Shown here: positions 52,646 to 61,292 of the stretch, piece by piece
Position numbering within the stretch: position 1 is the first letter of the stretch
Layout of the letters: each line of letters opens with the position of its first letter
Source: a bacterium
GTDB lineage: Bacteria; Myxococcota_A; UBA9160; UBA6930
Direction: 5' to 3'
DNA: 64,000 bases
Assembly: GCA_024228115.1 (NCBI GenBank)
Contig: JAAETT010000054.1
Coordinates: 12,793-76,792 of the forward strand
Position numbers and translations under genes: made by a program
The notes under the pieces: generated by a model
What the model was told of the DNA's origin: nothing
The model's database searches: none
The model's input: only the letters and a program-made list of their open reading frames with translations

Positions 52646-54549
52646 TCGATGTCGGTGATCTCGCGTTCCAGGATGTCGATCAGGTCGGCCGTGCGGCGAA
52701 TGGCTTTCTGGGTGGCTTCGAGCAGGAGTTCTGCTTCCGAAGTGATCATTTCGGGATCGGGTTTGACGGAACTGAGCTTGCCCAGCTCCCGGCGTACCTC
52801 ATGCAGTTCTCTCTGGACCACCGCATCCAGGAGCATGATCTGGGAGACCAACTTTTCGATCTTCCTTTCGCTCTTCGCGACGAGACGGAGAAGCTCCACT
52901 TGACGCGAGCCTTCGGCTCCGCGCCCGATTTCACGACGTGCCTTTCGGGCGCGGTCGAGACCCCGACCACACTCCCGGTCGAGTTCCCGAAGCTCACGAC
53001 GAACGTTCACGAACGCGGCATCGAAACTGGCCACCGATGCAGGAAGGAAGCTATTCGACACTTCCGAAAGCACCCCGGCAACGTGGCATCGCTTGCGGGC
53101 GTATTCATCCAGGAACTGCTGGAACGGAGAGTGGATCAGGCCTGGGATCCGGGCGCCGCCCTCGGTGCAGTTCACCAGGGTCACGCCCTGGCCGGCGAAG
53201 AAGGGACTGATATCCCTGTAGTGATCGAGGAAGGAAGCGTAGGCCTTATTCGTGGGCACCGGGTCTCCGTCCCATCCTTCGACCCAGATGAGCTCACCCC
53301 CCATCTTCTGTTGTGGATTCGCTCGACCTAGAGCTTCGAGTTTTCCTCGAAGATTGGTGTACTCATAGCTGCCGTCCTCGAGCGTGCGAAAACCGACATC
53401 ATGATAGGCGGATCCATCCGCGTAGAGCCTGCCGCCCGTGAAGGCCAGATCCTGCCCGATCAATGCCACCGGATTGCAACCGAGCACACGGGCCAGATGC
53501 AGGCCGCATTGGGCGACGGTTCCGGAAGAAGGCAGGAAATCGCGTTCGCCGAGCTGATGTGCGATCCAACATCCAAACGGATTCGTAGATTGGAAGGCGA
53601 CCCAATGCTGCTGGACGGGAAGCGAAAAAAGCGAAGGATGTGCCTGGGGCGGCAGAACGAGTTGGACATTCCCGATATCGCCCGCCTCGGTGAGCTGGTG
53701 GGCAACGTCCTGACTCTCGACCACGTGAACGAAATCCGGCTCGATGCCTGCCCTGCGAAGGCTGCGAAGGCTCTGACCGATGGCGATCACGATGACGCGA
53801 TCGCGTACCGCCGCGAGCTTTGGAAGCTGCTGGTCGAGCGAGGGCCCGGCGGCACAGACGACCGCGGGTGCACCGGCCAACGAACCCGCCAGGCTCGAGA
53901 TGCTTGGATTGCCGATCAAGTGGCGGGCATTGGCGATCGTACCGCGAGCCCAATCCGCCATCATCACCCGACGTGTGTTGGAGACGAGATCGATCGAGTC
54001 CTTCACCCGAGCAACCCGCTCGATTGCCTCGCGAACCGCGTCGGGTGACAGGCGCAGAAGCGATGGATGCGGAAAGACCTTGATTCGCAGGCCCGACGTG
54101 TAGCGAGCAGCGATCAGGTTCCTCAGTTCCTCGGGATCGTCCGTCAAGTGGACGTCGTCCTCGTCGAGGAGCTTCAGGTCGGGACGCGCGGAGAGCGCGG
54201 CCCGCAAGCGTGCGAGCTTGGGCTCGTAGACGATGACCGGGCAGGGATTGCGCGCACGAAAAGCCTCGATGTGATGGCCCAGGCCGAAGCCCACAGCGAT
54301 CAGCAGGTCCGCGGGTGCATCCGCCATATCCGCCGCCAGGCGTGCGCCCTCCCGGGCCGGGTCATAGGCCGACGCGAGAAGCGTGCCCTGGTCGGAAACG
54401 GTGTGGATGCCCTTCGGCCCATCGACCACCTCGACGCCGCCCTCATCTGCGTCCAGGATGGCCTGGGCCAAGGCAGGTTGGCGGCTCCGGAGGCGTGCCA
54501 CATTCGTTCGGAGCGCGCGCTGGCGGAGATCCGGCATCGCAGTGCTCAT
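52642..54549 (-). CDS. maf: Motility accessory factor (Maf-type flagellin nonulosonate glycosyltransferase, MptE-like/DUF115 core)
   Basis: The start is trimmed to ATG 54549 (ATGA overlap with the pseC stop, GAGGGAAGG upstream). Central ...AVVCAAGPSLDQQLPKLAAVRDRVIVIAIGQSLRSLRRAGIEPDFVHVVESQD... matches the Maf/DUF115 pattern. Confidence 0.78.
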   Translation of the reverse strand: MSTAMPDLRQRALRTNVARLRSRQPALAQAILDADEGGVEVVDGPKGIHTVSDQGTLLASAYDPAREGARLAADMADAPADLLIAVGFGLGHHIEAFRARNPCPVIVYEPKLARLRAALSARPDLKLLDEDDVHLTDDPEELRNLIAARYTSGLRIKVFPHPSLLRLSPDAVREAIERVARVKDSIDLVSNTRRVMMADWARGTIANARHLIGNPSISSLAGSLAGAPAVVCAAGPSLDQQLPKLAAVRDRVIVIAIGQSLRSLRRAGIEPDFVHVVESQDVAHQLTEAGDIGNVQLVLPPQAHPSLFSLPVQQHWVAFQSTNPFGCWIAHQLGERDFLPSSGTVAQCGLHLARVLGCNPVALIGQDLAFTGGRLYADGSAYHDVGFRTLEDGSYEYTNLRGKLEALGRANPQQKMGGELIWVEGWDGDPVPTNKAYASFLDHYRDISPFFAGQGVTLVNCTEGGARIPGLIHSPFQQFLDEYARKRCHVAGVLSEVSNSFLPASVASFDAAFVNVRRELRELDRECGRGLDRARKARREIGRGAEGSRQVELLRLVAKSERKIEKLVSQIMLLDAVVQRELHEVRRELGKLSSVKPDPEMITSEAELLLEATQKAIRRTADLIDILEREITDIE

Positions 54550-55739
54550 CCTTCCCTCACTTCCAAGGCACAGCGCAGTGCGTCGACCACCCGGTAGGTG
54601 TCCTCTTCGCTCATGTCTGGAAAGAGGGGCAGGGAGAGGAGCTGCAGATACGCCGCTTCCGCGGCGGGACAATCTCCGTACGCCGAACCGAGAGCGTGCC
54701 GGTAGTACGGTTGGAGGTGGACCGGGATGTAGTGGACCTGAACACCGATGCCGACGGCGCGCAGGCGCTGGTAGACCTTCCCGCGGCCGCTCTTCCTGGC
54801 GGTGATCCGGATGGGATAGAGATGCCATGCAGAGCGAGCGCCGGCAGTTTCTTGCGGGCATGCGACACCTTCCAGCGGAGCCAACGCATCATGATACGCC
54901 TCGGCAAGAACGCGACGCCGCCGGAGCAGATCTGCAGCGCGGGTCAGCTGGCTGCGTCCGAGGGCAGCCTGCATTTCGGACATCCTGTGGTTGGAGCCGC
55001 AACCCTGCTGTTCGTAGACCCATGGGCCAAGTGCATCGGCCTCCAGATCGCTCGGAAAATCGAATCCCTCGAAGAGCGCCGGGTCACGTACGAGACCATG
55101 TTCACGAAACATGCGAGCGCGACCATTCAAGAAGCTGGAGTCCGTCGTCATCGCGCCGCCTTCACCGGTAGCGATGAGCTTGGCCGGATGAAACGAGAAA
55201 CATGCTGCGTCACCGAGTGATCCCACTGCGCGCCCACCTAGCGTAGCGCCAAGAGCATGTGCGGCGTCTTCGAGCACGAAGCGTTCGCTACCCAGCACCG
55301 TGCGCAGTGCAGGCACGTCCGCGGGGTTTCCGGCGAAGTGCACCGGGATGGCGCCAGCGGTTCGCTCGTTGACACAAGGTGCCAATGTTTCCGCGGAGAG
55401 ATTGAGAGTGATCGGATCCACGTCCGCAAAGACAGGCGTCGCTCCGAAGGAACGGACCGCATTGGCAGTCGCAACGAAGGTAAGCGTCGGAACGACCACT
55501 TGATCTCCGGGGCCGACACCCAACGCTGCGAGCGCCATCTCCAAGGCGGTGGTCCCACTCGAGGTCGCCACCCCGTGACGGGTACCGGCTAGATCGGCGA
55601 TTCCCGCTTCGAAATCCTGAGCGATCGGGCCCTGGGCAATGGACCCGCTCTGGAGCGCCCTCCGAACGGCCTGTAGATCGTCCTCGGTCAGCGTGTGACG
55701 GGTGTACGGAAGATCCGGCCGATCGCCAACCTCAGCCAC
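54546..55739 (-). CDS. pseC: DegT/PseC-type PLP aminotransferase
   Basis: ...ATSSGTTALEMAL..., ...VVVPTLTFVATANAV..., ...FSFHPAKLIATGEGGAMTT (Schiff-base Lys region). Confidence 0.9.
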   Translation of the reverse strand: MAEVGDRPDLPYTRHTLTEDDLQAVRRALQSGSIAQGPIAQDFEAGIADLAGTRHGVATSSGTTALEMALAALGVGPGDQVVVPTLTFVATANAVRSFGATPVFADVDPITLNLSAETLAPCVNERTAGAIPVHFAGNPADVPALRTVLGSERFVLEDAAHALGATLGGRAVGSLGDAACFSFHPAKLIATGEGGAMTTDSSFLNGRARMFREHGLVRDPALFEGFDFPSDLEADALGPWVYEQQGCGSNHRMSEMQAALGRSQLTRAADLLRRRRVLAEAYHDALAPLEGVACPQETAGARSAWHLYPIRITARKSGRGKVYQRLRAVGIGVQVHYIPVHLQPYYRHALGSAYGDCPAAEAAYLQLLSLPLFPDMSEEDTYRVVDALRCALEVREG

Positions 55740-56700
55740 GATCGGCCTTCCATGTCTGGATCAACTCCGCGAGTCGATCAACCGTGAGCCAGAGCGAGTT
55801 CTGATCGCTCGAATAGACCAGACCCTCCGGAATCTCGCGCCCCCCCTTGGGATCTCCGCCAATCACGAAATGGGTATCGAACTCCCGTGAGTCACGAGCT
55901 TCGTCCTCGGTGAGCAGTACCTCGTGAAGCTTCTCTCCGGGACGGATGCCGATTTCCTTGATCAGCGCATCCGGGCGGATGGCTTTGGCAAGGTCGAGAA
56001 TTCGCATGCTGGGAATCTTCGGAACGAAGATCTCTTCTCCCTGCATATCGCCCAGGGCCTGGAGGACCAGATCCACGGCCTGCTCGAGCGAAATCCAGAA
56101 CCGGGTCATGCGCACATCCGTGAGGGTCATGACGCCCGTATCCGCCTGCTCCAGAAAGAGAGGAATGACGCTGCCGCGGCTTCCCACGACATTGCCGTAG
56201 CGCACGACCGCGAAGCGCGTATCCGTCCCACCGGCATAGGCGTTGCCGTGGATGAACAGCTTCTCCATACAGAGCTTGGTGGCACCGTAGATGTTGACCG
56301 GATTGACGGCCTTGTCCGTAGAGAGCGCGATCGCCTTCGGCACGCCTGCGTCCAGGCTGCACTCCAGGATGTTCATCCCGCCCATCACATTCGTCTTGAC
56401 GGCCTCGGCCGGATTGTATTCGCAGACCGGCACCTGCTTCATCGCTGCAGCATGAACCACCGCGTCCACGCCGCTCATGGCTCTGCGAAGCCTGACGCGA
56501 TCCCGGATATCTCCGATGAAGAACCGCAACCGCTCGTCATCCCCGAAACGACGAAGCATCTCGACCTGCTTCAGCTCGTCCCGGCTGTAGATCCGAATCA
56601 TGCAATCGTCTCGCTCGGCGAGCATTCTGCGTACGAACGCGTGCCCAAATGATCCGGTACCGCCTGTGAGAAGAATCTGATGCACGTTCCCTCCTGCCAA
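55732..56700 (-). CDS. pseB: UDP-GlcNAc 4,6-dehydratase (inverting), PseB/FlaA1 type
   Basis: ILLTGGTGSFGHAFVRRML, ...STDKAVNPVNIYGATKLCMEKLF... (SDR YxxxK). The start is TTG 56700 or GTG 56685 (after AGGAGGG). Confidence 0.9.
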   Translation of the reverse strand: MAGGNVHQILLTGGTGSFGHAFVRRMLAERDDCMIRIYSRDELKQVEMLRRFGDDERLRFFIGDIRDRVRLRRAMSGVDAVVHAAAMKQVPVCEYNPAEAVKTNVMGGMNILECSLDAGVPKAIALSTDKAVNPVNIYGATKLCMEKLFIHGNAYAGGTDTRFAVVRYGNVVGSRGSVIPLFLEQADTGVMTLTDVRMTRFWISLEQAVDLVLQALGDMQGEEIFVPKIPSMRILDLAKAIRPDALIKEIGIRPGEKLHEVLLTEDEARDSREFDTHFVIGGDPKGGREIPEGLVYSSDQNSLWLTVDRLAELIQTWKADRG

Positions 56701-56759
56701 TCGGCTCTTCTGAATCCACGTGCGTCGGCACTTCGGCGCTCGCGAATGTGCAAGACGAA

Positions 56760-56775
56760 CGCAAGATCGATGCCC
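56760..56775 (-). promoter_or_regulatory. Sigma-54 promoter upstream of pseB-pseC-maf (GGGCAT-CGATC-TTGCG)
   Basis: The minus strand reads GGGCATCGATCTTGCG. 60-75 nt upstream of the pseB start candidates. Confidence 0.55.
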
Positions 56776-56831
56776 GTTCTATCCACGGATCGCGCTCCGT
56801 CATGGGCGGAGGCTCCCAGAACGCAGCCCTA

Positions 56832-56847
56832 CATTTCAACTCGAATG
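56832..56847. promoter_or_regulatory. Candidate enhancer site G (CATTTCA-ACT-CGAATG)
   Basis: 16 of 18 nt are identical to site B. Its centre is about 65 nt upstream of the pseB -24 GG. Confidence 0.4.
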
Positions 56848-56853
56848 CCGCGA

Positions 56854-57609
56854 ATGGAGAAATCTGCCGCTTGGTTCCATTCACCCTCGGGCTTTCGCTT
56901 CACTTCGCTTTGCATTGATCCCCCGATCAACTTCGAAGCTTCGACCGCCGAACCAATCTTCGTGGACACCGTGTTGCCGACACTGTCGACCGGGAGTCGA
57001 CTGCTCCTGATCGGGGATTCTGACGGGGTTCCCCGTGCGACGATCGTCGTCCGGGTGAGCGACGGTTTGATCTGGATCAGCGGTGTCGATGAGCCGGGTC
57101 GACCCGGCGAACAGTTGGATATGCTGTACGTGGTACCCGGAGATGCTCAGTATCAGGCGCCCGCACGCGTAGAACTCGTACCACCGGAGACACTTGCGTT
57201 GCGCCGGATCGGCGAGTGGCGACGTAGCCAGCGCCGGACCGAGGTCCGCCTCACGACACACGGTGTTCAGCTCGAGGTAGAACGCCCTCCGGAGGGCAGC
57301 GAATCCGCCAGCGTCGAGAAGCTGAAGATGGTCGACGTCAGCGCAGGCGGCGCCGCAGCCCGGGGTGTCTCATCCCTCTCCTCGGGAGATGACGTGCATT
57401 GCGGCTTCCAGCTACCAGGCCGAGGGGTCTTCCGGATCGGCGCGAAGGTCGTACGCGTTCAGCCAAAAGGAAGAGGGCGCGTTTTGGGTTTTGAGTTCGT
57501 CGGTGCCACCCCCGAGGAACAGGCAGCGCTCAGGCGGTGGATCTACCGGGAGGAATCCCGGCGCCATCGCCAATCGAAACTTGGAAGTTCGGAGGATCCC
57601 AGCGAGTGA
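56854..57609 (+). CDS. YcgR-like PilZ protein (PilZN-like N-terminal domain plus PilZ); start uncertain
   Basis: RxxxR (RRSQRRTEVR) and DxSxxG (MVDVSAGGAA), then ...GAKVVRVQPKGRGRVLGFEFV. No good RBS was seen for ATG 56845 or 56854. Confidence 0.68.
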   Translation: MEKSAAWFHSPSGFRFTSLCIDPPINFEASTAEPIFVDTVLPTLSTGSRLLLIGDSDGVPRATIVVRVSDGLIWISGVDEPGRPGEQLDMLYVVPGDAQYQAPARVELVPPETLALRRIGEWRRSQRRTEVRLTTHGVQLEVERPPEGSESASVEKLKMVDVSAGGAAARGVSSLSSGDDVHCGFQLPGRGVFRIGAKVVRVQPKGRGRVLGFEFVGATPEEQAALRRWIYREESRRHRQSKLGSSEDPSE

Positions 57610-58604
57610 AAGACAGGACGATCGGAAGCGTGATCGCGCAGGATTTCGTGAGTATCGCCCCAGACGATTCCCTCGTCAGTGTTCTGGATCGGATGCGCGA
57701 TGGGCGGCTGTCCTGTGTTCCAGTCGTCGAGGGCGGGCTCCCCGTTGGCGTGATCAGTGAACGTGACATCCTCTGCCTTCTCGCGAAGAAACTGAACGGG
57801 GAGTCCTTTCCTGCCACGGCGCGAGGGGTGATGTCCGGCCCACCGATCACGATCCATGCCCATGCCTCGGTCGATGCCGCGATTCGCCTCCAGCACCGGC
57901 GAAGAATTCGGCGCCTGTTGGTCGTCGATGACGATGGGCGGTTGGTCGGAATCCTGACCCAATCGGATCTGATAGACGCGCAGACCCAGGCGCTTCGAGC
58001 CGACCGAGATCAATTGGAGGTCTATGTCTGCGAGCGCACAGAGGAGCTGAGGCTCGCGAATGAACGGCTGGAGCACATGTCCATGATCGATCCGATGCTC
58101 GGCACAGGCAACCGTCGGGCCATGGATCAGCACCTCACCCGTCTCAAGGATCTTTCGGAACATTTCGGGCGAGGGTTTGCAGTCCTGATGCTCGACATCG
58201 ACGACTTCAAGTCGTTCAACGACCACTACGGGCACTCCGAAGCAGACGCTGCATTGGGCGACATGGTTTCAGCCGTGCAAAGTGCGATTCGGTCCTGCGA
58301 TGTCCTCTTCCGCTTCGGTGGTGAAGAGTTCGTCGTCACACTTCCCGAAACCGATGAGGACAGCGCTGTCGAAGCCGCCGAACGCATTCGCGGCGCAGTA
58401 GAGGCCCTGCAGATTCCGCATGAGCTCTCGAGCCACGCTGTCATGACCGTGAGTCTTGGCGTGCATGTCATCGGCCCGGAAACGGGGAACGTCGACATCT
58501 CCTCCGTGATCCGCGCGGCGGATGTTTCCCTCTACGATGCCAAAGAGAACGGGCGCAACAGAACGGGAAAAGCCGTCAGCTCCGAGAACGCGTTCTCCGG
58601 CTGA
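57606..58604 (+). CDS. CBS-pair / GGDEF diguanylate cyclase
   Basis: The start is set at GTG 57606 (GTGA overlap with the PilZ stop, GGAGGA 9 nt upstream). Two CBS motifs (...VPVVEGGLPVGVISERDIL..., ...LLVVDDDGRLVGILTQSDLI). GGEEF with an RxxD I-site (RSCD). Confidence 0.88.
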   Translation: MKDRTIGSVIAQDFVSIAPDDSLVSVLDRMRDGRLSCVPVVEGGLPVGVISERDILCLLAKKLNGESFPATARGVMSGPPITIHAHASVDAAIRLQHRRRIRRLLVVDDDGRLVGILTQSDLIDAQTQALRADRDQLEVYVCERTEELRLANERLEHMSMIDPMLGTGNRRAMDQHLTRLKDLSEHFGRGFAVLMLDIDDFKSFNDHYGHSEADAALGDMVSAVQSAIRSCDVLFRFGGEEFVVTLPETDEDSAVEAAERIRGAVEALQIPHELSSHAVMTVSLGVHVIGPETGNVDISSVIRAADVSLYDAKENGRNRTGKAVSSENAFSG

Positions 58605-59118
58605 ACTGCCACGCGCCCGCCAACGTCAAGGCGGGAAGCCACACCCATTGCACCTCGCGCCACAAGACGACTCCGGCGCGATCCACGAACGATCCGACGC
58701 CGATCGGCGACACGATGAGCGGGCGCCACGGAAAGAAGATGCGCTCCGCATCGAACGGGATGAAAAAACCCACTCCCTTTCCGCCATCGGTGAAGGCGTC
58801 GAGAAAGCCGTGGGAGATGCAAGCCAGAGCTGCCGCCGCCGTGATTCGCCACCAGCTCGAACCGAAACGGCGCACACGAGGGAACACCAGGCTCGTCGCC
58901 AGGGGCGCAAGCGCCAACCCAAAAGGAATCGAATGCGTGATGCCTCGATGACCGAGCGGGTGGGCGTATGGAATTCCAACGACGAAAGCCAGTACGTCGA
59001 TATCGGGCAACACCGAGACCGCTGCGAGGAAACAGAACAGCCTCGCCCGAGACAACTCGACCCGCGTCGGCCCTACGAGCAGCCCGCCGACCAACGCATG
59101 GGTGAAGACCGTCGGCAT
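58576..59118 (-). CDS. Membrane-bound metal-dependent hydrolase, YdjM/DUF457 family
   Basis: MPTVFTHALVGGLL..., ...VLPDIDVL..., ...HRGITHS... are the family His/Asp motifs. Confidence 0.72.
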   Translation of the reverse strand: MPTVFTHALVGGLLVGPTRVELSRARLFCFLAAVSVLPDIDVLAFVVGIPYAHPLGHRGITHSIPFGLALAPLATSLVFPRVRRFGSSWWRITAAAALACISHGFLDAFTDGGKGVGFFIPFDAERIFFPWRPLIVSPIGVGSFVDRAGVVLWREVQWVWLPALTLAGAWQFSRRTRSRS

Positions 59119-59127
59119 GGATTGCGA

Positions 59128-59646
59128 CTAAGGCGTGGAAGGGCGGTCTGCCCTTTCGCTCTCTCCCAACGCCTCACGAATGGCAGTCGCTGCTTCCTCG
59201 AGCCCCTGCTCCACGGCTTCCCCAATCGCGCCGGCACTGTCGTTGAAGGCGTCGCGGAGGTCGGCGAGGGAATCCTCGACGATGGCCTCTCGGAGTCCCC
59301 GGCTCGTGGCAGCTGCGTCCACTCGCCAGCCCCCGTCGTAGCGGCGTAGCTGGGTAGCGAAAATCACGGTCGCACCGGATTCGCGGATGAGGGTGGTCTC
59401 CACTTCCGCCGCGTCGTCGCGGGTGAGGACCGGGCCAACCTCCACATCCTTGATCTCGTGACGATCCGCCAGGCGCCCGAGACGGCGAAGATCCACTTCG
59501 GTCGACAGGGCCTTGGCATCCTCGATCTCGCCGTCAGCGAGCGCCTGCCAGAAGTTCTCTGCAACCCGGTCGGGACCCGGGGCGACGAGCCCACACGCAG
59601 GAAGGACGAGAGCGAGCACCAGGAGAATGATGGGAAGGGGCCGCAT
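59128..59646 (-). CDS. Lipoprotein of unknown function
   Basis: Signal peptide with lipobox LVLPAC. Small alpha+beta domain with no functional motif. Confidence 0.6.
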   Translation of the reverse strand: MRPLPIILLVLALVLPACGLVAPGPDRVAENFWQALADGEIEDAKALSTEVDLRRLGRLADRHEIKDVEVGPVLTRDDAAEVETTLIRESGATVIFATQLRRYDGGWRVDAAATSRGLREAIVEDSLADLRDAFNDSAGAIGEAVEQGLEEAATAIREALGESERADRPSTP

Positions 59647-59771
59647 GCTGTAGGCAGCATGCCATTCGTCGCCGCGCCCGGCCAGAGGCCCGAAAACGCT
59701 TGGGGGAGTTTTCCAGTGGAACTCAAGACCCCACCCGAGCCCTCCGAAGACTCCCCCAGGAGGTGAGGGAG

Positions 59772-60302
59772 ATGGGGGTCGAAGCCCAACGCTATCCGAG
59801 GTTCAAGAAGCGGGTCCCCTGCCGGGTCACCGTATCTGGAGAATCGACGGCAGCCGTCGTGCTGAATGTCTCCCAGGCCGGTCTGTTCGTTCAAACGGGC
59901 GCCACGGCCCAGCCCGGCGACCAGGTCACGATTCGCCTGAGCCCGGCCCATACGGCTGAGCCGATCGCGATCGATGCCAAGGTCGTTTGGCGCCGAAAGG
60001 TTGCCTCTCATCTGCGAACGATCGTGAAGGGTGGAATGGGGCTGGCGATCCGCAGCGCACCGTCGTCGTACTTCGAATTCTTGACAGGTGCTCTACCGAA
60101 CACGGCCCCACGCGCGGCGGCCACTGCAAACGAAGCGGCCTCTGATTCGCCCGAAAAAACCTTTCTCATGCGCGTGCGTCAGGACGGCGGCCCGCGCACC
60201 CGCAAGCTGTACGTGCAGGCCGCAGACCAGGCCGATGCGTCCCGCCGCGTCCTCGCGCGCTTTGGATCGGGCTGGACGGTCATCCTGGCGGAACAAGCCT
60301 GA
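59772..60302 (+). CDS. PilZ-domain protein with a C-terminal extension
   Basis: The start is trimmed to ATG 59772, after GGAGGTGAGGGAG. RFKKR (RxxxR) and NVSQAGLFV (DxSxxG type). Confidence 0.7.
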   Translation: MGVEAQRYPRFKKRVPCRVTVSGESTAAVVLNVSQAGLFVQTGATAQPGDQVTIRLSPAHTAEPIAIDAKVVWRRKVASHLRTIVKGGMGLAIRSAPSSYFEFLTGALPNTAPRAAATANEAASDSPEKTFLMRVRQDGGPRTRKLYVQAADQADASRRVLARFGSGWTVILAEQA

Positions 60303-60358
60303 GCACACGGTCAGCGCGTCCATCGATGGGGCACGCATAGCTGGAGAGCGGCGCCTTC

Positions 60359-60604
60359 TCAGTCGTTTCGAACGCGGCGGCTTCGCCTCGAGAGATTCTG
60401 CCGAATGCCGTGCACCATCATCGCGATGGCCCCGAACACTCCAACGAGCAGGATCACGAACAGCAAGACGAAGCCCATCCACCAGAAGATGACCAGCAAG
60501 GGGCGAGCATCTCGATGCCAAGCAGACAAACCGAGAATCAGCCCTCCTCCGATCACCCACACCCAGTGCCAGGAACGAACGAAACGCTGAAGCGTGGGGC
60601 TCAA
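60359..60604 (-). CDS. Small two-TM membrane protein
   Basis: 81 aa with two hydrophobic helices. The start overlaps the DJ-1 gene stop (translational coupling). Confidence 0.5.
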   Translation of the reverse strand: MSPTLQRFVRSWHWVWVIGGGLILGLSAWHRDARPLLVIFWWMGFVLLFVILLVGVFGAIAMMVHGIRQNLSRRSRRVRND

Positions 60605-61257
60605 GATCCTGTGCTCCCGTTGGACGTGAGCTGGAACTCGCCGGCTCGGTTCAGGTACTTCGCGAAGGGATCACGGCTCGGATCATTCTGCCATTCGTAT
60701 TCGGTCAGAACCGCCACCTGCTCAGCGCGATCTCTCCCGAACAATTTCTCGATCACGGCCAACGACATATCGGTCCCTGCAGAAACGCCCGAAGACGTGA
60801 CGAAGGGCCCGTCCTCGACCCAACGCGCTTCCGTGACCCACTCGACCGCGTCGCTCTGGCCGCGGGCAAGATCGAAGAACAATTTGTTGGAAGTCGCGCG
60901 TCGGCCATCGAGTACGCCGGCTTTCGCAAGCAACGCCGAACCCGAGCAGACCGACATCACCTTCTCAGCCTTCGGACAGCGTTCGCGTAGGAAATCTTGA
61001 ATGGCCGGATTGGCGAGTTGAGCCACGGTTCCGATCCCGCCTGGAAGAAGCAGGATATCCAACGGCGGGCAATCGCCGAAATCATATTCTGCCACCGTGC
61101 AGGGACCGGGTGTCGATTTCACCGGACCCGTCCGCTCCGCGACGGTGAGGATACGTACGTCCGCACCGAGGGACCCGAACATCTCCAACGGACCGTAGAA
61201 ATCCAGGAGTTCGAAGTCTTCGTGAAGAATGGCACCGAGGGTGCGGGGGGACGTCAT
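60601..61257 (-). CDS. DJ-1/PfpI/ThiJ-family protein
   Basis: Nucleophile elbow ...VMSVCSGSALLAKAGVLDGRRATSNK... is typical of DJ-1/isonitrile-hydratase-type proteins. Confidence 0.85.
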   Translation of the reverse strand: MTSPRTLGAILHEDFELLDFYGPLEMFGSLGADVRILTVAERTGPVKSTPGPCTVAEYDFGDCPPLDILLLPGGIGTVAQLANPAIQDFLRERCPKAEKVMSVCSGSALLAKAGVLDGRRATSNKLFFDLARGQSDAVEWVTEARWVEDGPFVTSSGVSAGTDMSLAVIEKLFGRDRAEQVAVLTEYEWQNDPSRDPFAKYLNRAGEFQLTSNGSTGS

Positions 61258-61292
61258 CGCGGGAGCTTACCACTCCTGCGACGCCTTCCAGG

